Source: a virus. From it: a DNA stretch of 64,000 bases. The position numbers and the translations under genes are program-made. The notes beneath the pieces are model-generated. The model saw only the letters and a list, made by a program, of their open reading frames with translations, ran no database searches and had not been told where the DNA came from. The DNA lies in the IMG/VR virus record IMGVR_UViG_3300009093_000003, positions 10,714 to 74,713 of that record; one strand, given 5' to 3'. Below, one piece after another: positions 1-8,106 of the stretch (positions are counted from its first letter, which is position 1; every line of letters starts with the position of its first letter).

Positions 1-87
1 ATTTGATTTTGAAGATGCTAAGGTATCCAATGAGCGGCCAAAGAATTTGTTGAGCCGGATGTTGCACTTAGCTAATAAAAGTAAGCT

Positions 88-198
88 ATGAGCAAGTCCT
101 TTAGAAACGAAAACTTAGGCGTGAGTGCCTATAACTGGTGGAATGCCTTTGCCATTTTGCTCATCTTTTTGATTGTTGCACTTATTTTAACTGTTTGA
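88..198 (+). CDS. small single-TM membrane protein (36 aa)
   Basis: Read manually: MSKSFRNENLGVSAYNWWNAFAILLIFLIVALILTV*, packed into the + operon; below the ORF-track cutoff. Confidence 0.55.
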   Translation: MSKSFRNENLGVSAYNWWNAFAILLIFLIVALILTV

Positions 199-201
199 AG
201 T

Positions 202-384
202 ATGGATTATATCTACCACGGCGATAAGTTAACGTGTCCTACGCTTAAAAAGAAGCCCTGTAAGGCCGTCAGGCGTTTGAGCGATGGAAAGTGCATCCGC
301 GGTAAAAACGGATCAATGCTCGTAGAATTTGACGGCAATACAAGGCATATAATCATTGGCAGGCTTTTAAGAAAATTAAAGTAA
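202..384 (+). CDS. hypothetical basic protein
   Basis: 60-aa ORF; stop overlaps the next ATG (TAATG). Confidence 0.6.
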   Translation: MDYIYHGDKLTCPTLKKKPCKAVRRLSDGKCIRGKNGSMLVEFDGNTRHIIIGRLLRKLK

Positions 385-1247
385 TGGGAAATAAAACAGA
401 TATTCAATGGACAGACTTGACCTGGAACGTCAGCCGGGGTTGTAAAAAAGTTGACGCTGATTGCAAGTACTGCTACATGTACAGACAGTCGCTCAACAAC
501 ACCCGCTATCAGGCAGACCAAGTTATTAAAACTAAAACGGTTTTTACGCTACCGTTGCATTACAAAGAAACGAAGTCTCAATGTTGGGAGGGCAGCCCGT
601 TGGTATTTACCTGTTCCCTCACTGACTTCTTTATAGAGGAAATTGACGCTTACCGGGATGAATGTTGGGACATTATTAGAAAATGTTCCCACCTAACATT
701 TCAAATACTTACAAAGCGTCCTGAACGAATTAAAGATCATCTACCGGCTGATTGGGGCGATGGATGGCCTAACGTATGGCTCGGCACTTCAATAGGTTCA
801 GAGGCGGGTATGGATAGACTAGGAGAATTATTACGCGCACCAAAAGCAGTAGTTAAATTCCTTTCGTTGGAACCGTTGCACGGACCACTTGATTTGATGT
901 ATCCGAAAGATGTTTTTCCCGATGGTCCCCAAATGTGCTGCGATGGCAGAGAGTGCGGTTGCCGCGGATTACCAATTGATCCACCGATTATTTACGGCAT
1001 AGATTGGGTTATTGTGGGTGGAGAGAGCGGTAATGACATTGGCAAGTATAAATATCGGCCATGCGAAATAAAGTGGATAGAGGACATTATTAACGCCTGT
1101 CAGTTTGTGCATACCCCTGTGTTTGTTAAACAGGTAGGTACACATCTTGCAAAGCAGTTGGGTATGAGCGAACGGCACGGAGGTAATTTTGACGAGTTTC
1201 CTGAAAGCATTAAATTTCGTGAATTTCCTAATCCTCCAAAGAAATGA
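384..1247 (+). CDS. phage Gp37/Gp68 family protein (DUF5131, radical-SAM-like)
   Basis: N-terminal TDIQWTDLTWN, GCxxVxxxCxxCY, FQILTKRPERI, WLGTS, FLSLEPL, DWVIVGGESG, VFVKQ motifs. Confidence 0.9.
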   Translation: MGNKTDIQWTDLTWNVSRGCKKVDADCKYCYMYRQSLNNTRYQADQVIKTKTVFTLPLHYKETKSQCWEGSPLVFTCSLTDFFIEEIDAYRDECWDIIRKCSHLTFQILTKRPERIKDHLPADWGDGWPNVWLGTSIGSEAGMDRLGELLRAPKAVVKFLSLEPLHGPLDLMYPKDVFPDGPQMCCDGRECGCRGLPIDPPIIYGIDWVIVGGESGNDIGKYKYRPCEIKWIEDIINACQFVHTPVFVKQVGTHLAKQLGMSERHGGNFDEFPESIKFREFPNPPKK

Positions 1248-1408
1248 CCTCAATAACCGACACCCTTTTTAAGCCCACAGCAATCCTTTGCCAATGTGGC
1301 AGAGGACATTTAAACCGGATCGGCAAGATGTTAATTTGTGAGCATTGTGGTTGGTATAAAGTGCATACGGGGGGGGGGCAAATCCTGAAATTAAAGAACG
1401 AAAATTAA
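1244..1408 (+). CDS. small Zn-ribbon protein (54 aa) containing a G10 tract
   Basis: Read manually: MTSITD...LCQCGRG...ICEHCGW...; ATGA overlap with the upstream stop. Confidence 0.6.
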   Translation: MTSITDTLFKPTAILCQCGRGHLNRIGKMLICEHCGWYKVHTGGGQILKLKNEN

Positions 1409-1412
1409 ATAA

Positions 1413-2243
1413 ATGAGCACCATAAAAGTAACCTCAAAAGGTGACGGAATGGCTATTGAGGCTAATCCGATGATAAAATGCGAACATTGGGACGATAAAA
1501 CATCACCATATTATAAAAAAATATGTTGTTCCGATTGTGAAAGTGACCATTGGGAAAAATTTGACAAAGAGCATCCACCCCTACCATTAATCGACCATCA
1601 AGGAAATGAAATTAAAGCCACTGGCGAATTTGAGGTGGAAAGGGTTTATTTTGTCAACAAAAACAAAATTTATATCAGTAAGGCGCAAGCAGAAGTAGCA
1701 GCTTTTAAATCAACCCCTGCCTACCGCCTATTATCACAAGTTGATAAAAAACTAAATAACCAAGCAGACGCGCTTGATAAAGTTAAAAAAGAACTGGAAA
1801 TAGCGTGTGACACCAATGCTGTATATGGCCCCGGCGATGATAATTATGGCAGGGATAAAAACGTCCCTGTCATCCTTGAACAAGACAATTCAAAACAGCC
1901 TGACAATCAATCTGAAAAGGTAAATGAAACAACAACGCCAGAGTTAATAATATCAGATGATCCACAAAGCGATAATTTAAAAATAGTGCGCCACGAATTT
2001 AATGATGATGAAGATAGATTTGTTATTATTCTTGGCGATGATAGTAATGATTGCGATGAGGATGCGTATAGAGTTCGGTTTTTAAATATAAATCAAGCTA
2101 AAAACGTTATTGCGTTCTTAAATAAAAACATTCCTTACCAACAAGGCATGATTAGCCGCGATAAGGTAGCGGAATTGATTGAAAGATTTTTAAAGAACGA
2201 AATACACCCATCACAAATTATAACCTTAATCAACCAGTTATGA
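1413..2243 (+). CDS. hypothetical protein
   Basis: 276-aa ORF with A-rich initiation region; mosaic-looking, no family recognised. Confidence 0.65.
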   Translation: MSTIKVTSKGDGMAIEANPMIKCEHWDDKTSPYYKKICCSDCESDHWEKFDKEHPPLPLIDHQGNEIKATGEFEVERVYFVNKNKIYISKAQAEVAAFKSTPAYRLLSQVDKKLNNQADALDKVKKELEIACDTNAVYGPGDDNYGRDKNVPVILEQDNSKQPDNQSEKVNETTTPELIISDDPQSDNLKIVRHEFNDDEDRFVIILGDDSNDCDEDAYRVRFLNINQAKNVIAFLNKNIPYQQGMISRDKVAELIERFLKNEIHPSQIITLINQL

Positions 2244-2455
2244 CAATTGAAGAAGCTGCTGAAGGATATTGCAATAGCAGAACTACAGACCACGATAAAA
2301 ATATCTTCCCAACATTTTATCAATCATTTATCGCTGGCGCTGATGAAATGCGTAATCAAATCGTTGAATTGCTCAAAACCAAACTATACGCATTAGACTT
2401 TCGGGCTGATGAACCCGGCGTTGAAGATATTTTTAAATCAATAGAAAAATTATAG
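2240..2455 (+). CDS. hypothetical protein
   Basis: ATGA-coupled; MTIEEAAEGY...SFIAGA pattern common in small Bacteroidota phage proteins. Confidence 0.65.
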   Translation: MTIEEAAEGYCNSRTTDHDKNIFPTFYQSFIAGADEMRNQIVELLKTKLYALDFRADEPGVEDIFKSIEKL

Positions 2456-2457
2456 CA

Positions 2458-2841
2458 ATGAAATCAATTTTGATAATAGACGATGACGAGATAAATAACT
2501 TTATCTCTATAAAATTAATAAAGAAAGCACTTTTAGACACTGAAATAATGGTTTGCCTTAACGGCAAATATGCTATCAATGTATTAGTTGATATTGAAAA
2601 AAAGCAGACCAAATTCCCCGATTATATTTTGCTTGATACGAATATGCCAATCATGAACGGATGGCAATTTTTGGATGAATATAACCGATTAGGGTTTGAT
2701 AAATATCCTACCAAAATTTACATGATAGCATCATCGGTGTTTTCAAACGATATTAATCGCGCCCGTTCTTATCCCGTTTTAAAAGACTTTATCTCAAAGC
2801 CATTGAATGTTGAAAAAATAAATACCCTATTCAATAACTAA
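2458..2841 (+). CDS. single-domain response regulator (REC/CheY-like)
   Basis: ILIIDDD acidic pocket, LLDTNMPIMNGW phospho-Asp motif, ASS switch, SKPL lysine motif. Confidence 0.92.
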   Translation: MKSILIIDDDEINNFISIKLIKKALLDTEIMVCLNGKYAINVLVDIEKKQTKFPDYILLDTNMPIMNGWQFLDEYNRLGFDKYPTKIYMIASSVFSNDINRARSYPVLKDFISKPLNVEKINTLFNN

Positions 2842-2929
2842 CCAATAAAAACGGTAGCCCAAAACATCCGATATATTGCAAAAAAGATATAAAACTAATA
2901 CATTATTAACCTTTAAAACCCAAAACATC

Positions 2930-3313
2930 ATGAACCATCTCGATCAACAAGAACAAAGACACGCCTTTCTAAAGCAGATCGGCACAATCGTAATAATCAT
3001 AGCACTGCTTGTGCTTGCATTATTAGTGGGCATTCAAAAAGCCCACGCCCAGCCACCAGGTAAACACCTACCGCAAAAAATAACGGTGGTATTTAGTGAC
3101 GCCCAACTAACGTCACTGGCCGCAAAGATTGACAGCGTTACAGCGATGCTATCTATTCACAGTGATTTGCCGGCCTCTTTTATCTACCAATTCAATCAAA
3201 GGCTTTTACAATCATTTTACCCCATTACCCACCAGGTGCAGGGGCAATTGATCGATGATAAAGCGGTTGTGCCTGATACTGTTAAGAAGAAATCAAAAAC
3301 AAATAATCATTAA
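2930..3313 (+). CDS. exported protein with signal peptide
   Basis: Likely ATG at 2930 (track ORF begins 2876 at TTG); hydrophobic stretch then AHA-Q cleavage site; two D-S/T-V sequons. Confidence 0.7.
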   Translation: MNHLDQQEQRHAFLKQIGTIVIIIALLVLALLVGIQKAHAQPPGKHLPQKITVVFSDAQLTSLAAKIDSVTAMLSIHSDLPASFIYQFNQRLLQSFYPITHQVQGQLIDDKAVVPDTVKKKSKTNNH

Positions 3314-3334
3314 CAATTTAAAAACTCAAAAATT

Positions 3335-3835
3335 ATGAACAAAACAATTTTAATTTTAATCGCATCTGCTGCTTTATTTTTAGCCGGATGCAACTTACCC
3401 TCTCAATCTGCCGATGAAAAAGATCAATCAAGGCAAGAGCGCATACAGGCAGAAGGACAAGCGCAGGCCGGGTTGCCTGACGTACACAACTTTACCGAAA
3501 AGAAAATGGTAAAGATGCTGTATGAATTGCGCGACAACCCAAATCTGATAAACTATGCCTACTTGTGGAGCGAAGTTTCCGGCAAATGGATTTATTTTGG
3601 CAAATGTATCGGCTATGGCATACCTTATTCAACGCAATACTGCAACCCCGAAAAATGGGTAATTAACTTAGGCGTAGATCACACTTTGCCGCAGGCTGAA
3701 CCTAACGGGCTATTTATGCCCTCAAGTAGCGAGGGTACATGGATTATGCTTATTAACCCATCCAACCCCAATGACATAAAGCCGGTCTATGTTGAACCGA
3801 AATTAATTGTTACACCTTTTAAACTACCGGAATGA
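3335..3835 (+). CDS. lipoprotein
   Basis: MNKTILILIASAALFLAG-C lipobox; GYGIPYSTQYxNP and QAEPNGLF motifs resemble a recurrent phage lipoprotein family. Confidence 0.8.
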   Translation: MNKTILILIASAALFLAGCNLPSQSADEKDQSRQERIQAEGQAQAGLPDVHNFTEKKMVKMLYELRDNPNLINYAYLWSEVSGKWIYFGKCIGYGIPYSTQYCNPEKWVINLGVDHTLPQAEPNGLFMPSSSEGTWIMLINPSNPNDIKPVYVEPKLIVTPFKLPE

Positions 3836-4155
3836 GATACTTTTTTATCACCGTGGGAGTAATAATAGGATTATTGCTTCTCGACTTCTTAGGAAATTAC
3901 TATGGCCTTTTTACCTACGGATTTTTTGCCCCTAAAATGGAAAACGTGCGTCGCAAAACTTTTGAAAACACCCAAAGCTACGTACAGGGCAAAATACAGG
4001 ATTTAAGCAACTATAAGTTGCAGTCGGACACAACTAAAGACCCCGACAAAAAAGCGGCTATACGGGCTGTAATTCGCTCCCAGTTCGCCAACTTCGATAT
4101 CAATCAATGCCCGGACGGATTGAAAGATTTTTTACAGGCGCAACGTGGATATTAA
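3832..4155 (+). CDS. membrane-anchored protein, probable partner of the lipoprotein
   Basis: N-terminal TM, ENVRRxTFENTQSYVQG motif, ATGA-coupled to the lipoprotein. Confidence 0.7.
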   Translation: MRYFFITVGVIIGLLLLDFLGNYYGLFTYGFFAPKMENVRRKTFENTQSYVQGKIQDLSNYKLQSDTTKDPDKKAAIRAVIRSQFANFDINQCPDGLKDFLQAQRGY

Positions 4156-4156
4156 T

Positions 4157-4164
4157 TATCTTTG
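4157..4164 (+). promoter_or_regulatory. Bacteroidota primary-sigma -7 element
   Basis: TATCTTTG matches TAnnTTTG, about 35 nt upstream of ATG 4199. Confidence 0.55.
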
Positions 4165-4198
4165 CTATTATTTCACCTCTATTAAAAATCAAAAACAC

Positions 4199-4765
4199 AT
4201 GAGCTTTTTTCAAAATTTACACTACTTTTTCACCAACATCGGAACAAAGGTTTCCAACTGGTTTCAAAAAGAACAGCCTGTAGTGCAGAAAGCCTACAGC
4301 GATGCAAACAACGTTGTCAATATCGTTAAGTCACTTTTGGGATCCGCAACCGGGCAAACGGTGCAATTGATTATCGAGGCATTAGCCCCCGGCGCGTCTG
4401 TACCAGTTTTTACCGCTCTCAACACGTTTTTTAATGCCTGGGGTATTGTGAGTGCCGAAGCGAATAAGCCTGCCGCAGAAATCGCCGCAGAGGGCTTTAA
4501 TAAGATAGCCTCAATGACAGGGGATAACAAAACGGTAACATTGCATAGCGTTACTGCCGTGTTAGGACACGCACTGCAAAGCCACGGTGGCGGTGATGCT
4601 ACGTTGCAGCAGGCGCTAACTGCGATAGGCCTCGTTCACAATCCAAACATTCTTGACGGACCCGTAACTATTACCACACCTGTAGTAGATCAATCGCAAC
4701 AGGCAACAAACTTTGTACAATCAGGAAGCGGTGAAGCCCCCGAAGAACAAAACCCACCAAGCTGA
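4199..4765 (+). CDS. hypothetical amphipathic protein
   Basis: Probable start ATG 4199 after promoter and A-rich leader (track ORF starts 4145). Confidence 0.65.
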   Translation: MSFFQNLHYFFTNIGTKVSNWFQKEQPVVQKAYSDANNVVNIVKSLLGSATGQTVQLIIEALAPGASVPVFTALNTFFNAWGIVSAEANKPAAEIAAEGFNKIASMTGDNKTVTLHSVTAVLGHALQSHGGGDATLQQALTAIGLVHNPNILDGPVTITTPVVDQSQQATNFVQSGSGEAPEEQNPPS

Positions 4766-4844
4766 ATACGCCGGTGGTGGAATTACTTTAAAAACTAAAA
4801 TAAAGTCTTATATTTAACATTTTAATTAATTAAAAACAAAAATC

Positions 4845-5189
4845 ATGTTCAACATCTTCAAAACACATTTCCGAACGCTATTAGCAGTTCTTTTAGCCTT
4901 TGTGATTTTTTCAACAACAACTTTCCAAGTATCAGCAAAACAGCATTATGGCCGCGCCTATCACGCGCCCACGGTCAAGGCCGTAAAAATAATTGCTTTT
5001 AGCATCAATGATACCCATTACGTTTATGTAGCCAGCCTGCCGGCCGAAGTGCCAACAATTTTGAGGATACCCGCGCCGCCCGTTAGCTATGGCCTGTATG
5101 TAAAAAATGAAGCGAAACCTGATAACCTGAATTACCAGCCGATAAAGTGGCGAAGTTTAGGTTTGATCGATGCGCAGAGAAATATTTAG
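4845..5189 (+). CDS. exported protein
   Basis: Signal-peptide-like N-terminus ending VSA. Confidence 0.6.
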   Translation: MFNIFKTHFRTLLAVLLAFVIFSTTTFQVSAKQHYGRAYHAPTVKAVKIIAFSINDTHYVYVASLPAEVPTILRIPAPPVSYGLYVKNEAKPDNLNYQPIKWRSLGLIDAQRNI

Positions 5190-5210
5190 CCAATAATGGC
5201 ATTTTAAAGG

Positions 5211-5244
5211 AAAGCCTGGTAGCGAAAGTTGCCGGGCTTTTTTT
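5211..5244 (+). terminator. intrinsic terminator
   Basis: AAAGCCTGGTAGC-GAAA-GTTGCCGGGCTTT followed by a T run. Confidence 0.8.
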
Positions 5245-5306
5245 ATGGCTTATTAGCGTAATACCAAACGATCACATTAAGAAGTAAGTTTCACGGCGGC
5301 AATCAT

Positions 5307-5390
5307 TCATCTAACAAAGTTAAGGATAAAAACAACGCTAATACCAATGATGATTAAAGCCCTGCAAAAATAAGCAAAGTAGTCTTTCAT
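5307..5390 (-). CDS. 27-aa hydrophobic peptide
   Basis: Read manually: MKDYFAYFCRALIIIGISVVFILNFVR*. Confidence 0.35.
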   Translation of the reverse strand: MKDYFAYFCRALIIIGISVVFILNFVR

Positions 5391-5598
5391 GCTTGCTTTT
5401 TACGGGGGTTGGTTAGGTAGAGTTACAAAAAAGCCCCGGAACATTTACCGGGGCCATCATCTGATCAAATGGAGTTACTGCTACTAATACATTTCAAGTA
5501 TCGTTTCCTATCGGCCTATTGGTAGAGAAACGACAAACCTACCAAAGCACATAATCACTAAATAAAATGTACCATAACCCCTGCGTTGGGTTGTGTTG

Positions 5599-5671
5599 TA
5601 GCGCGAGCCGGATTCGAACCGGCGACCTACGGGTTATGAGCCCATCGAGCTGACCGCTGCTCTATCGCACA
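5599..5671 (-). tRNA. tRNA-fMet (initiator, anticodon CAT), CCA not encoded
   Basis: Cloverleaf TGTGCGA...TCGCGCT-A; T-loop GGTTCGAATCC; anticodon arm ATGGG-CTCATAA-CCCGT with three consecutive G-C pairs; 1:72 mismatch. These are initiator hallmarks. Confidence 0.93.
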
Positions 5672-5792
5672 ATATTGTAATAAATAACTCAACTACTTGA
5701 TACTGCAAATCTGCAAAATAATTCTCATATATGCAAAAAAGCCTCAACTTTCATCAAGGCTTTTATTAACCGCATAAGGAAATCTGACTAAC

Positions 5793-6131
5793 CTAATTGG
5801 TTAATATTATATAATTACATGCTAAATGAAATGTCATGTCAACCATAAATATCAAATATGTATATAACCAAAAATCGCGTTGCATTTTTGCCCCAACTTT
5901 AAAAAAGTTTGTCCAAAGTCTTGCAATACTAAATTTATCAATAATAAAGTGTGTTGAAAAAATCAATAACATTTGTGATAAATTGCTATATGTGGCAAAA
6001 AATAGTGAGTAGACTAAACAATGAACAAAACACGCAAACCATCCTTTTGCAGTATATTGATTTTTGTTAATAGCCATCCAATCATTTTGAAAAACAAAGT
6101 CGCCAAATAAATGTGAAATAAATTGTATCAT
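5793..6131 (-). CDS. DUF3307 family membrane protein
   Basis: HLFGDFVFQ, HCLVY, THFIID, DMTFH His/Asp motifs in TM helices. Confidence 0.85.
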   Translation of the reverse strand: MIQFISHLFGDFVFQNDWMAINKNQYTAKGWFACFVHCLVYSLFFATYSNLSQMLLIFSTHFIIDKFSIARLWTNFFKVGAKMQRDFWLYTYLIFMVDMTFHLACNYIILTN

Positions 6132-6220
6132 TTTGTCAGATTTTTACGCCGCCAATGAATTTTAACGGCAATCAAAATTAACAAAAATTGGTGAATAAAC
6201 CATGTTGAACTTTTCGAATA

Positions 6221-6305
6221 ATTGATTTAAAAAGCCATATTTATGTTCCAAATGATTGCCTTTCGACACAATGTTTGTACTGATAAATTGGCTTTTTAAA
6301 TCAAT
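6221..6305. repeat. perfect 17-bp inverted repeat with 51-bp spacer
   Basis: ATTGATTTAAAAAGCCA (6221-6237) / TGGCTTTTTAAATCAAT (6289-6305). Confidence 0.9.
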
Positions 6306-6312
6306 CAATGTT

Positions 6313-6471
6313 TTAATTTATTGAAATTATTCTTATCCGATCAGAATTTGATTTTATCTTAGCCATTTCTGCCGCCGAAATCTTTTTTGTTTCAGCTTCC
6401 TTCATAAGCTGAGTGAAATTAACAGCATCATTACCTGTCAAGATCGGTGTTTCTTTAATTGGCTTTGCCAT
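6313..6471 (-). CDS. 52-aa protein resembling antitoxin-like proteins found upstream of Bacteroidota GNAT toxins
   Basis: Read manually: MAKPIKETPILTGNDAVNFTQLMKEAETKKISAAEMAKIKSNSDRIRIISIN*; own TACATTTG promoter (6504-6511, minus). Confidence 0.6.
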   Translation of the reverse strand: MAKPIKETPILTGNDAVNFTQLMKEAETKKISAAEMAKIKSNSDRIRIISIN

Positions 6472-6552
6472 AATTGTTTTTTGAGCATGAGATGCTCTCT
6501 TTGCAAATGTAAAAATTTTCGTAGATTTGGGGAATTAATTACCACGAAAAAA

Positions 6553-7185
6553 ATGAAGTTTACCGAAGCACAATTAGCCACGCATTTTATTAATACGTAC
6601 CTCTCTGATTTTGATGTTTATAAAGAAGTCCCATGCGCAGGCATAGTAGATATTTTTGCTGTTAAAAGAAATATTTATACATCCTTCGAGGCTAAAACTT
6701 CCTTTAGTTTTGATGTAATAGAGCAGGCAGTAAAGAATAAATCTTACTCGCATTATTCTTATGTTTTGATCCCTCACACTAAAAAAAAGTCTTTTGCTTA
6801 TGAAATATGCAGAGAATATGGAATAGGCATAATAACAGTATTTTGCATGAATGATGGTAGAATGGGAAACCCAATAGAATATTTAAAACCACGTTTAAAC
6901 AGGAATATAAGAAAGCCAAAATTAGCTGATTGGATGAAGTTAAACATTGCCGGTGTCCAATCGGGACGGATAACAACATTTTCGAATACAGTTTCAGAGA
7001 TAACAGCTTTTTTAAAAAGGCAGCGCAATCAGAGGGCTATAGTAAAAGATGTTTTTACAGGTGTTTCCCATCATTACGGATCACTAACATCCGCAACCAC
7101 TTGTATAATGAATATGTGTAGAAAGGGAGTTATAAAAGATTTTTACTTTGAAAAAGGATACATGATATTAACCGCTCATCCTTAA
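6553..7185 (+). CDS. PD-(D/E)XK nuclease-fold protein (MmcB-like) with C-terminal wHTH-like region
   Basis: EAQL...YKEV...VDIFA...FEAK...VIEQA motif order; likely start ATG 6553 after TAGATTTG (6522-6529). Confidence 0.7.
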   Translation: MKFTEAQLATHFINTYLSDFDVYKEVPCAGIVDIFAVKRNIYTSFEAKTSFSFDVIEQAVKNKSYSHYSYVLIPHTKKKSFAYEICREYGIGIITVFCMNDGRMGNPIEYLKPRLNRNIRKPKLADWMKLNIAGVQSGRITTFSNTVSEITAFLKRQRNQRAIVKDVFTGVSHHYGSLTSATTCIMNMCRKGVIKDFYFEKGYMILTAHP

Positions 7186-7212
7186 TGTGGTAATTAATTA
7201 TTGACGGTTGAT

Positions 7213-7237
7213 AGCCCCGGCAAGTCCGGGGTTTTTT
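7213..7237 (+). terminator. intrinsic terminator
   Basis: GCCCCGG-CAAGT-CCGGGGT followed by a T run. Confidence 0.75.
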
Positions 7238-7254
7238 ATTTCAAAAAATTGTTG

Positions 7255-7338
7255 TAGGTTTGAAAACCGAAAGCTCGAACAGGGCCAGCTTGAAAGAAAG
7301 TATAGGGAAAAGCCTTTGCAGTTTGTTAAGGCTTTTTT
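7255..7338 (+). ncRNA. candidate ~70-nt small RNA (promoter to terminator)
   Basis: TAGGTTTG at 7255-7262 followed by hairpin AAAAGCCTT...AAGGCTTTT and no ORF. Confidence 0.35.
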
Positions 7339-7634
7339 TATTTATTGTGCTTTTTAACGTACAAATACAATCTTTCCATTACAAGCATCATTGGCAGGTT
7401 ACAAAGTATCCGCAGTAAAACCGTGTCCCATGTTTGCAGGAAATTGAAATCCCAAAACAGGTAAAAGATTGCTGCTAACCCGTAGCACCATATTTTTGAA
7501 CCAAACAATTCAAGCATTAATAACCGTAGCTTCTCATCTCCCCTCGCCTTTTTAAACTCAATCAAAATAAAGACAGACCTGGTTACGATCCACCAAAACA
7601 ATAACTGGCTTATAATCATTTCTACTGTCATCAT
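7338..7634 (-). CDS. 3-TM membrane protein (holin-like)
   Basis: Hydrophobic helices; last gene of the late operon; ATGA-coupled; basic C-terminus. Confidence 0.55.
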   Translation of the reverse strand: MMTVEMIISQLLFWWIVTRSVFILIEFKKARGDEKLRLLMLELFGSKIWCYGLAAIFYLFWDFNFLQTWDTVLLRILCNLPMMLVMERLYLYVKKHNK

Positions 7635-7840
7635 TTTCGATTTTCCAAAAGGGCTTTCAACCCCGATAATATATTGGTGTTTTCCCTGATGTTGCGATTA
7701 CTATCATCCATTATCTTTTCGTTGCTCTCCCGCCACTCTTTTCGTTCTGCCCGATGGTCCTTCATAAGTTTTAAAACAAACCACGCAAGCGCCACTATAA
7801 CTATTCCGGGGATACCATAGCTGTCAAGGATATTATTCAT
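7631..7840 (-). CDS. holin-like (BhlA/UviB-type) single-TM plus coiled-coil protein
   Basis: YGIPGIVIVALAWFV then REERKEWRE-type charged coiled coil. Confidence 0.6.
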   Translation of the reverse strand: MNNILDSYGIPGIVIVALAWFVLKLMKDHRAERKEWRESNEKIMDDSNRNIRENTNILSGLKALLENRK

Positions 7841-8106
7841 TTCTTGGCAAGCTGGTTTCTCAGTTCATAAATACTATCCCCCAGCGTGTCAATCTTTTTT
7901 TCAATTGGATCAATACGCTCATTGACAATCTCCTTTAAACGCGCGTCCCGGCTCTCTGAAAAGTATTTGAAAACATAATGGATAGCAGCATAGCACAAAC
8001 CAAATATCGTTGCCCAGGGCAACAATTCACCGGCGAAAGAAAACCAATTATTTTGTTGAGGTTCAGGTGCTGCCATCGTTCTCGTTTTAATCTTGTAAAA
8101 ATCCAT
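7837..8106 (-). CDS. single-TM plus coiled-coil membrane protein (holin-like)
   Basis: TM followed by heptad tail IEKKIDTLGDSIYELRNQL. Confidence 0.55.
   Translation of the reverse strand: MDFYKIKTRTMAAPEPQQNNWFSFAGELLPWATIFGLCYAAIHYVFKYFSESRDARLKEIVNERIDPIEKKIDTLGDSIYELRNQLAKK

Noticed and set aside
3335-4155. Spanin pair
   Set aside because: Order is lipoprotein first, the lipoprotein is large and globular rather than short and Pro-rich, and it is not in the late operon
5307-5390. Type I toxin-antitoxin locus
   Set aside because: A hydrophobic 27-aa ORF exists, but I could not identify a convincing antisense RNA promoter/terminator pair
5599-5671. tRNA as prophage attachment site or host boundary
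   Set aside because: No integrase or duplicated tRNA 3' end seen; phage-like genes continue on both sides
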